A DNA stretch of 51,732 nt from an uncultured Candidatus Saccharibacteria bacterium (GTDB lineage: Bacteria > Patescibacteriota > Doudnabacteria > UBA920). Below the pieces are notes generated by a model. That model was given only the letters and a program-made list of their open reading frames with translations. It ran no database searches and was not told where the DNA came from. Position numbers and translations under genes: made by a program. The DNA lies in NCBI GenBank assembly GCA_964512925.1, contig CAZEKH010000006.1, positions 1 to 51,732 of the forward strand. The letters run 5' to 3'. This document shows, in pieces, positions 17,589-27,500 of this stretch. Position 1 is the first letter of the stretch, and every line of letters begins with the position of its first letter.

Positions 17589-17886
17589 TTAACCTTATTT
17601 ATTGAGCCTTATGTTAAGGCAAGCCATCTATACAACTAAATATTGGTACACAAATGCCAGTCTTTGGATTGTTGGTCGATTTTTTGGCGTTTTTATAGTT
17701 GCCCCGGTTTTGTTACAAAACCGGACGCAGCCGTTTAGTCGAGACTTAAGAGTTCAATAAACATCGTTTTTGTCCGGTTTTTTACGACCTCTAGAGCGTA
17801 AAAGATTTAGGTCAAAAAAAGATGCCCAATTAATATTTTTTAGGCCAAAAATTGATTGTCTCAATTGAATAATCAATCGCCTAAAA

Positions 17887-20800
17887 ATGGAGTTTTTTAA
17901 CAAAATGCAAAATTCTTTAGCAAAGAAAATCTTTGCTGTAGGTGTTGCTGCTTCCACAGCTTTGATGGCTTTGGCTCCTTTTGCCGCCCGCGCAGCCGCG
18001 CACGGTGAAGGCACCAACATCAAATCTTCCGATGGCACCGTTTGGATGATCATCGGCGGACAGCGCAGACCCTACACATCCGCAGGCGCGTTCCTTTCCT
18101 ACGGCTTTAACTCATTTAGCCAGGTTGTAGACGCAAATTCGGACGATTTGTCCCTCGCTGCCGGAGCTTTTATCCCTCCGCAGGATGGTAAAATCATTTG
18201 TTCTGACAGAGGAGCTGACAAAGGCACTTGCTACCTTGTAACCCAGGGTATGAAAGCCGGATTCACCTCCGCTTCAGTCTTCACCGGTCTTGGTTTCTCT
18301 TTTTCCAGAACCCAGTCCGGCGATGTTTCCTGGATGCCTTCCACTGCCAACATTGACAACACCACCGACGCTCACCGCGTAGGAGTTTTGATCAACAACG
18401 GCGGCACCGTGCAATTGCGCGGCGTTGCTGGCAATATGGGTATCCCGGATTTAGCCACATTTAACTCATGGGGCTATTCCTTCGCTGATGTCGTTCCAGC
18501 CAATGCGTCTGACAAGGCCATTGTCCAGTCCGGCATTATGTGCACCCGCCAGGCAGGTCAGTTGAGCCCGGTTGCCTCTTGCGCAACCGCCCCGACCCCG
18601 ACTGGCGCTACCCCGACTCCTGGAGTTATCTCCGGTTCTGTCTCAGCCTCTTTGGCTTACGACACCCCGGCAGCCCAGACTGTCGCTGTAGCAGCTGCTA
18701 CCAACAAAACTGTTGTAACCTTAGCTAAATACACCTTCTCCGGTTCCGGAACTGTTACCCAGCTCCAGGTTAAGAGACTTGGCGTATCTTCAGACTCTGT
18801 TTTGTCTAACGTGTATCTCTTCAACGGCGATACCCGCTTGACTGACGGCGCTTCTGTTGGCGGCAACAGCCTTGTGACTTTCGCCAGCCCGTCTGGTCTC
18901 TTTACCGTCAACGGTACAATGACCATTTCCGTGGTTGCTGAAATAGCAGCTGGCACTTCTTCCGGCTCCACCGTCGGTTCCCAGTTGACTTCGTTCACTG
19001 TGGCTAACGGCAGCCCGGCTTCTGTTGCCATCTCTGGCAACTTGTTTACAGTTTCTCAGTCCTCTGACTTGGCTTACGCCACTTTCGGCACGGTAACCCC
19101 GTCCGGATCCAGCTTTGACCCGGCCAAGGACACTGAAGTTTTCCGCAGCAATGTTTCAGTCAACACCCGCGATATGACTCTTTCCAGATTCATCATCCGC
19201 AACATCGGCTCTGCCCAGCAGGCTGATATGAACAACTTCCGCTTGCTCGTTGACGGTACTCAGGTAGGACAGGTCCAAAGCCTGGACTCCAACGGCTATG
19301 CTTATTTCAGCTTCAGCCCGATTACCTTAAAGAGCGGCACCCGCGTGTTCAGAGTGTTGGCCGATGTCATCGGCGGTTCTTCCCGAAACTTCCAGTTCCA
19401 GATCAGGAACGTATCTGATGTCAACTTTGTTGACACTCAGTACAACACCACCATTTCTCCTTCTAACACCTTCCCAGTAGGCAGCGCTTCTTCAAACAGC
19501 ATTGCTTCCGGTACTTTGGTCATACAGAAGGCTTCTGACTCTCCGTCCGGCAACGTAACTGACAACTCCAGCGACGTTACACTCGCTAAGTACACTGTTA
19601 CCGCCTACGGCGAACCTATGAAGATTGAAACTTTGAAAGTCGGTGCCACTTCTTCAAATGCCAGTGTCGGTTCTTTGAGAAACGGCCGCATCTTGATCAA
19701 TGGCGTGCAGTACGGTTCTACTGCTACTCTTTCAAAGACCACCAACAACACCTACACCACTGGTGGCACTCAGTACACCTTGAACTACACTGTTATGCCT
19801 GGCACTCCGATAACTTTGGAGATCCACGCTGATATGTTTGACAACGACGGCACCAACAGCCTTGTTAACCTTGACACTGTCACTGCTTACTTGATGGCTG
19901 ATGGTACTTCCAATGTACAGAGATTGGTTTCTTTGGGTTATGTTGCTTACCCGTCTGTATCAGTTGCAGGAAGCTCCTTGACTGATGTTACAGGTAGCGT
20001 CACCCTTACCAAAAACACCAACTACGCTAACCAGACCACTCCGCTTCCAAGAACCAACTACAAGATCGGTTCTTACAACTTAGCTGGCTCAACTTCAGAA
20101 GATGTAACATTAAACAGCCTGGATTTGGGTACTACTGCTTCCAGCTCCTTGTTTAACTACACTCACCTGAACAATGTGAAAGCTATGATCGGCGGAAATA
20201 TGTTTGGCACAGTTAAGTCCACTCTCTCTAGCGGCACCTCTACCTTCTCCGGCTCTTACACTTTGCCGAAAGGTCAGACTGTTGCTATAGAGTTCTGGGC
20301 TGACTTGGCTACTCCGACTTCCGGAGCTGCCAGCGGTGAATATGTTATATCCAACACCTGTGTCAACGGAACTGCTGTTAACTCTTCTTCCAGCATTATC
20401 AAATGTCAATCAGGACAGACTGTAACCTACGGCTCTGGTGTCTTCACCATTGCCCAGGATCCGTCTACCCCGGTTGCCGCTATCGTAGCTGGTAACCAGA
20501 CCAGGACTGTTGCAGCCTTCAAGTACACCACTGCCAATGACTCTTACACTGTCAATGAAATTACATTGTCATTAGTTGGAGCCACCACTGTCAGCTCGGT
20601 TACTTTGAAAGACGGTTCAACTACTGTAGGTACCCCCCAGCCGGGCGGTTCTACTTCAGTTACATTCTCTAACCTTAACTGGGTTGTCCCGAACAACACC
20701 ACCAAAGTACTCAATGTCGAACTGGCCTTGGGTGACGTGGGAGTTGGAATGGGAACTTCCGGTGAAAATGTGCAAGTAACAGTAGCAACTGTTAAGAGCG

Positions 20801-21402
20801 CTCCTTCTTCATCCGGTGTACAAAGCACCAGTTCTCCAGGTGTAGCTGGAAATGTGACTTATGTTTATAAGTCCATTCCGACTGTTACCAATGTATCTTT
20901 GCCGACAACTCAATTGTCTGCTGGTACACAAACCTTATACAAGTTCTCGGTTAGCTCCGGAGGATCCGGTACTATTGGTTGGGCCAAATTTGGCTTTACC
21001 ATTGCTACCACCACCGGCGTAACTGTCACTGGTTTGCAGGTATGGGATGCTGATACAAATACCCAAATCTCGGGTACTGCCAGCAGCACTTACACTTCTA
21101 CCGGTATGGTTACCGAGTTCTGGCCGAACGTTGAACAGCAAGTTAGTGGAGCTAAGACTTATGTCTTAAAAGGAACTGTCTCTCTGAGCGGCACCGGTTA
21201 TCGTTCTATTTCAACGAACATAACCCAGCCGACCGGTCATGCTGTCCCTGTAGCCGCAACTACCGCTACTTCAACCAACGCTACTTTGGTTTGGTCTGAT
21301 CTTTCAGCCCAAAGCCACAGCTTCACCACTTCTGACTGGAACAACGACAACTTGGTTAAGAACCTGCCAACAGATTCTCAGACCTTGTCCGTCACTAACT
21401 AG
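17887..21402 (+). CDS. Large secreted T/S/G/V-rich surface (S-layer-like) protein
   Basis: Signal peptide ..LAPFAARAAA/HGEG. Two N-terminal repeats of about 90 aa (G.V..I..G.RRP..S...F.S.G..F..VV.A). The remainder is predicted beta-rich, with no enzymatic motifs. It is bounded by a strong terminator. Confidence 0.7.
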   Translation: MEFFNKMQNSLAKKIFAVGVAASTALMALAPFAARAAAHGEGTNIKSSDGTVWMIIGGQRRPYTSAGAFLSYGFNSFSQVVDANSDDLSLAAGAFIPPQDGKIICSDRGADKGTCYLVTQGMKAGFTSASVFTGLGFSFSRTQSGDVSWMPSTANIDNTTDAHRVGVLINNGGTVQLRGVAGNMGIPDLATFNSWGYSFADVVPANASDKAIVQSGIMCTRQAGQLSPVASCATAPTPTGATPTPGVISGSVSASLAYDTPAAQTVAVAAATNKTVVTLAKYTFSGSGTVTQLQVKRLGVSSDSVLSNVYLFNGDTRLTDGASVGGNSLVTFASPSGLFTVNGTMTISVVAEIAAGTSSGSTVGSQLTSFTVANGSPASVAISGNLFTVSQSSDLAYATFGTVTPSGSSFDPAKDTEVFRSNVSVNTRDMTLSRFIIRNIGSAQQADMNNFRLLVDGTQVGQVQSLDSNGYAYFSFSPITLKSGTRVFRVLADVIGGSSRNFQFQIRNVSDVNFVDTQYNTTISPSNTFPVGSASSNSIASGTLVIQKASDSPSGNVTDNSSDVTLAKYTVTAYGEPMKIETLKVGATSSNASVGSLRNGRILINGVQYGSTATLSKTTNNTYTTGGTQYTLNYTVMPGTPITLEIHADMFDNDGTNSLVNLDTVTAYLMADGTSNVQRLVSLGYVAYPSVSVAGSSLTDVTGSVTLTKNTNYANQTTPLPRTNYKIGSYNLAGSTSEDVTLNSLDLGTTASSSLFNYTHLNNVKAMIGGNMFGTVKSTLSSGTSTFSGSYTLPKGQTVAIEFWADLATPTSGAASGEYVISNTCVNGTAVNSSSSIIKCQSGQTVTYGSGVFTIAQDPSTPVAAIVAGNQTRTVAAFKYTTANDSYTVNEITLSLVGATTVSSVTLKDGSTTVGTPQPGGSTSVTFSNLNWVVPNNTTKVLNVELALGDVGVGMGTSGENVQVTVATVKSAPSSSGVQSTSSPGVAGNVTYVYKSIPTVTNVSLPTTQLSAGTQTLYKFSVSSGGSGTIGWAKFGFTIATTTGVTVTGLQVWDADTNTQISGTASSTYTSTGMVTEFWPNVEQQVSGAKTYVLKGTVSLSGTGYRSISTNITQPTGHAVPVAATTATSTNATLVWSDLSAQSHSFTTSDWNNDNLVKNLPTDSQTLSVTN

Positions 21403-21452
21403 TCTTATTGAAGAGGTTAGCGTTACCTAAAATTAATATTTAGGCTAAATTA

Positions 21453-21495
21453 GCCCCATCCCGCTTATCGCGGGATGGGGCCTTTAGATTTTTTG
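21453..21495 (+). terminator. Rho-independent terminator
   Basis: gccccatcccgc ttatc gcgggatggggc is a 12-bp perfect GC-rich stem, followed by ctttagatttttt. Confidence 0.85.
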
Positions 21496-21502
21496 ATAAA
21501 AT

Positions 21503-21531
21503 TTGACAGCTTTTATGCATGAGCATATATT
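21503..21531 (+). promoter_or_regulatory. Near-consensus sigma70 promoter for the RHS gene
   Basis: TTGACA (21503-21508), 17-nt spacer, TATATT (21526-21531), about 30 nt upstream of the ATG. Confidence 0.55.
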
Positions 21532-21560
21532 AGGAATATAAGGGAATTAATTTTTTTAAT

Positions 21561-24500
21561 ATGTTTACAAAAAATTCTAGTTTTTTTGGCAGATGGTATA
21601 AATTGTCAGCTTTGGCGCTGGCTTTTTTTATTTCGCTTCAGCCGTTGGGGGTTGTGTTTGCGGAAGATGTTATTGATTTAACCCAAGCTGAAAATGTTTC
21701 TGAGCAAACATTGAATCAGGAAAATGAAATTATAAATGAAGTTGCTCAAAATACAGACCAAAGTATTCCGCAGGATATAATACAAAATACACAAACTGAA
21801 AAAACCTCCGTAAATGAGCTTTCTTCAAGTCCGAACTTAGAACCGACTGCAATTCCAGAAATGAATACATCGAACCTTTCCGGTCCGACAAATGTTCCAG
21901 AGCCTGTTACAGGGTATGTTGATAGATTCAGCAAGTTACCTAAAGTTGATGACAGCTCCGGCGCTTTAATACAAAATATAGAAATTCAAAGTCCTTTGGG
22001 CAGAAACGGCCTGCAGCCAAATTTGTCTATCGCATATAACTCTCAAGACAAAACCGACCAGGACATTTTTGGGTATGGATGGAAAACAAATATACCCTAT
22101 ATTGAAAGATTGTCTAAAAAAGGTGTTGATCATTTATTTTCGGAAAATTTTTTTGTTTCTTCTTTGGATGGTGAGTTAGCAACAACTGCATTGAGTTCAG
22201 TATTTGTTGCGCGATCGGAAAACGGCAATTTCAACAAGTATGTTTTTTCCAGCAATCAGTGGCTTATGTCGGCAAAAAACGGTTGGCAATATAAATTTGG
22301 GTATGCAACATCAACTCAGCTGTCGGACCCTCAAAATCCGGATAATATTTCTAGATGGATGCTGGAAGAAATCCGTGATATGAATGGTAATTATATAAAA
22401 TACGAGTATTTTAAAGATTCTGGACAAATATATCCTTCAAGGATTGTTTATACAGGAAGTGGGCAGCAGGACGGTATTTTTGAAATTTCTTTTTTAAGAG
22501 AATCCAGGACAGACGTTGTTCCTAGTTATAGAACGGGTTTTTTAGTCCAGTCCAAATATAGGATAAATGAAATTCAAGTCAAAACAAACGGATCCTGGGT
22601 TAGAAAGTACTCATTTTCTTATATTTCAGGAGACAACGGGTGGAGATCCTTGCTTTCAGCTGTGATTGAATATGGAAAAGACGAACTAGGTAATGTCATA
22701 CAGCTCCCGCCTACCGAATTTAAATATCAGAAAGGCACATTTTCTTGGACTTTAAACCAACAAAATTATACCGCTTCTTTTAGCTTGGCTGCTGACCAAG
22801 CTTACCAGTATGAGATTCAGGATTTAAACGGCGACACCAGACCCGATGTATTTCACGGCATTAGTGGTGTATTTTTTACTAACCACACAACTTGGTTTTA
22901 CAATCCGGCGCAAAAGAATTGGCTTGAAGCTCCGAGCTCAACAATTCCTATAGATTTTAAAGTTGGGGAAGATAGAAATAATTTTATTACAAATTGGGAT
23001 AGGGGAGTTAGGGCGGCTGATTTAAATGGGGATTTATATCCGGACATTTTGAAAGCTGAAGATGGGGCAAATGGCGGTTTTACTTCTTATATAAATAACA
23101 AAGGTTTAGGATGGATGCAAAATAATAATTTTTCGGCAAGTATCGGGTTGGGCAAGAGCAAAGACTCCACTGAAGGGAGTTTTCAGGAGTATGGGGGATA
23201 TGTTTTGGATCTAAATGGCGATGGGTTGGCGGATATTATTAGACAAAAGACAGGGCATTATCTGGGCGCGCAATTAAATAACGGGTATGGATATAATTCA
23301 GCTACCAGTACTTGGAATACGCCGGTAGGCTTGAGATATAATAACGATGGTTCGGTTTTTTCCGATGTAAATAACGACGGACTTCCTGATTTGCAGAGTA
23401 CGTATTACACAAATTCTGGTAACGATTATCACTCTGATACATATTTAAATACCGGATCAGGAAGCTGGGTTGCAAACGAAGCAGTATTTAGCGACCCGGC
23501 CCACCGTCTTATAAATAATTCTGGTTACTCTGAAACTGAAGGGATGAGGTTTCTGGATTTAAATGGGGACGGTTTGTTAGATGCGGCAAGAGATTGTTGT
23601 GGCGGGGGGCAAGAACTTTATTTTAATAAAGGCTCTGGTTGGTATCAAAAACCTTATAGTTGGGTTTTGCCAGCAGGAACTGTAAGCCCTGGCAAGGATA
23701 CCGATATAAATGGTGACGGCCTTGTTGATTTTCTGTATGAATTCAACAAAGGAAGCGCTCAATATTATGCTTGGATATATTTTCACGATGGGGTTGTCCC
23801 CGATTTGCTTTCCACAGTTATTTACCCGGAAGGTGGAAGAACTTCTGTTAGTTACAAAAAATCCAGTGAATTAGCTGATAGCAGTGGAAATTTATTAAAC
23901 CCAAATTTGCCTTTACAGATTGATTTGGTAACAGCAATCCAGAATTTTGACGGCGTAAGCACTTCAAGTCCCGAGTCTTATATTTATAAGGGTGGTTTGC
24001 ATTATTATAATAACCCGTTCGATAAAAAATTTGCTGGATTTTCGGAGATAGATAAGACTGATGCGGAGGGGAATGTTACTAAAACTTTCTATCACCAGGG
24101 GGACGGCACGGATGTAAGCCATGGGGAGTTTGAGGATAATTTTTGGAAAATTGGAAAGCCATATAGGGTTGAGCAGTATGACAACAGTGGCAACCTGTAC
24201 AAAAAAACCATTAACAAATGGGAAAGCGCGACTTCTTCCCAAAATTCCCTGGCCGGGTTTGTAAAACTCGGGCAGACTCTACAGCAGGATTATGACGGTA
24301 CTTCAAACCATAAAGACAAAGCTGAAAGCTATACTTACAACAACTCTACCGGCGACATTACGCAAAAAGTAGAGTATGGGGAAGTTACTGGAAGTGACAA
24401 CGGGACTTTTTCAGACTCAGGCACTGACGATTTTACCACCACTTTTTCCTATGCCACAAGCAGTACCAGTAGCGCGCTTAGTTTGCTTTCAGGTTCATTG

Positions 24501-27500
24501 ACTACTGACCACAACTCAAGCAAAGTCAAAGAAGTTAGAAATTATTATGACAGCCTGCCTTTGGGCAGCGCGGACAAAGGCAACTTGACCAAGCAGGAAA
24601 GCTGGAAGTCTGGTTCAAGCTATGTCAGTAGCCAGAAAACTTACAACTCTTACGGTTTGGTTACTTCACAAACAGACCCAAGAGGAAAAGTTACGAGCTT
24701 TAGCTATGACAGCTACAACCTCTATCCTACTACAGTTACCAACCCTTTAAGCCAGGTTACGCTTTTGGAATATGATTATTCTTCCGGCCAGGTGGCGACT
24801 TCCACAGACCCCAACGGCAATATTTTTGTAAATGTTTATGACGGTTTGGACAGACTTGTCTCGCAAAAGCATCCTGATCCGGCAAATCCTTCGGTCTTAA
24901 ACCTCAAATCCTCAATTTCATACACCGACACCCAAGGAGCTTTCAGCGTAAAACAGACTAAATATTTGTCTTCAAGTTTGGCGGTTGATTCCTATACTTA
25001 TTTGGACGGACTTTCTAGACCAAAACAAATACGGGAGATGGCTGAGAGCGGGAATTTTGCAGTAAAAGATTTTAGTTACAACAGCCGGGGACTTTTAAGC
25101 AGGGAAACTTTGCCCTACTTTTCTTCAGGTAGCGCTACTACGACCGCGACTTCCACGGGAAGTTTGTATTTAAATTACAGTTATGATGCTTTAGGCAGAT
25201 TGGCGGTTTCTGGCAGTAGTATTGCCACTACAACTAATTCGTATGTTAACTGGAAGCAGACAACCATTAACCCGAACGGGAAAAATAAAGATTTATACAG
25301 CGACGCATTTGGCAATTTAAGCAGGGTGGATGAGCATAACTCAACCAGCACTTACTCAACTTACTATACCTATGATTACAATAAAAACCTGACCAAGATA
25401 ACCGACGCTTTGGGCAATGTGAGAAATTTTGCATATGACGGCCTTTCAAGGCGCGTATCTGCTGAAGATTTGCATCAAAGCTCAGACGCGACTTTTGGCT
25501 CATATGCTTTTGTTTATGACGACTCGGGCAACCTAACCCAAAAAACCGATCCCAAGTCTCAGGTGACAAACTATTCATATGACGATCTAAACAGAGTTTT
25601 AACAGAGGACTTTACCGGTCAGGCTGGTACAGAAGTTCAATATTCCTATGACAGTTGCGCAAACGGCAAAGGACATATGTGTAACGCTTCTTCCACCGGC
25701 TACAGCCTCACAAACTCATACAATGCCTTAGGACAGTTAACTTCGGAAACAAAACTTATTTCTTCTAACAGTTTTTCAACTAGCTATTCTTACGACCGGC
25801 AGGGAAATGTTATAACCATACAGAATCCTGACAACTCTCAGGTAAAATATATTTACGGCTCAGGCGGGAAAATAGATCAGGTGCAGAGAAAAGAAAGCGC
25901 TGACAGCAGTTTCATAAATGTAGTTACAAATATGGACTACGCGCCTTCGGGCCAGCAGACTTTGGTCGCCTATGCCAATGGTGTTTCTACGGTAAATAAC
26001 TATGACCCTGCTAAGCTCTATAGGCTAACCAAAAAAACTACCACTTTACCCACGACTGTCAAAGCTCAGGACATTTCTTACTTTTACGATGCTGTTGGAA
26101 ATATAACTTCAATTCTCAACGCTTCGGCGAGCAATGCCAGTTCAACCGTATCTTATGTCTATGACGACTTAAACAGGCTGACTTCAGCTTCAGCTACCGG
26201 CACTCCTTTTGGTATATCGGGCTTTAGTCAAACATATTCATACGATGCTTTAGGCAATATTATAAACAAGTCTGATTTAGGGGCTTATAGCTATTTGGGC
26301 AATTTAAATTCAAATTTCGCAAACCCACACGCGGCAACCGGGATATCCGGCACCAGTAACTACAGTTTGGCTTATGACCAAAACGGCAACTTGCTTTCGC
26401 TTTCTTCTGTTGCCAGTTCAACCGGTTGGACTCTTTCGGGCGGTACTTGGAATAGGAGAAAACAAATTACTATAGACCATACCAAAGTTTCCGGATCCAG
26501 TAGCCTTACGAATTTTCCACTTCTATTTTCTACCACAGACGCAGAACTAAAAACACTGGCCAATGGCGGTTATGTCGGAAAATCGGATGGTACGGATATT
26601 GTTTTTACTTCCTCAGACGGCCAAACTAAACTTGACTATGAACTGGAAAAATATTCTTCCACTACCGGAGAAACTTTGGCTTGGGTTAAAATCCCGACTT
26701 TATCTACCAGCACTGACACGACTTTGTATGTATATTATGGAAATTCCTCAGCCTCCGACCAGCAAAACAAAACTGGAGTTTGGGACTCAAACTTCAAAGC
26801 CGTGTACCATTTGCCCAACGGCTCAAGCCTTTCCGCTTCAGACTCCACTTCCAACGCGAACAATGGGTCTGTTACTGGGGCAACTGCAGGCACAGGTCAG
26901 ATAGACGGTGCGGCTAGTTTTTCAGGCTCAAACCAATACATTTCCAACTCTTCAACTTTGCCTTCCGGTACATTTACTTACGAGTCTTGGGTTAAGCCTT
27001 CGGGTACAACTGGCTATCGCCCGATGTTTGGGTCTTCAGGGTACGGAATAGAGTTTAGGATAAATAGTTCAAACAACCAAATTCAGCTTTTAGACCAAGG
27101 TGTAACTGGCATTTTAACATCCACAGGTTCAGCCTCGGCAAATACTTGGACTCATATTGCTCTAACCAGAGACGGAGCAAGTAATGCGGTTAAAATATAT
27201 ATCAACGGTCAGTTAGATTCTTCTACTACAAACGCCCAAAATCCGGCAGGTTCCAACCGACTTGGAGCCGCAACTTCAGTGGGAGAATATTTCGCAGGGA
27301 GTTTGGACGAGATGAGAGCTTCTAATTCAGTTAGAAGCGCAGACTGGATAAAGACCGAATACAACAACCAGTCTTCAGCTTCCACTTTTTACAGTTTGGG
27401 AGCCGGGGATTCAGGCTCAACCGGCGGAGGATCCGGGGGCGGTAGCGGGGGAGGGAATCCTCCTTCTGACTGGTATCCGCCAGCTGGCGGACCAGGAGGC

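Noticed and set aside
17754-18053. 99-aa minus-strand ORF overlapping the start of the S-layer-like gene
   Set aside because: It is antisense to the signal-peptide region and runs into noncoding DNA. It has no support.
26563-26904. 113-aa plus-strand ORF in an alternative frame of the RHS gene
   Set aside because: It is embedded in the DUF2341 repeat of the 2718-aa ORF. The main frame is supported by domain motifs and the alternative frame has none.
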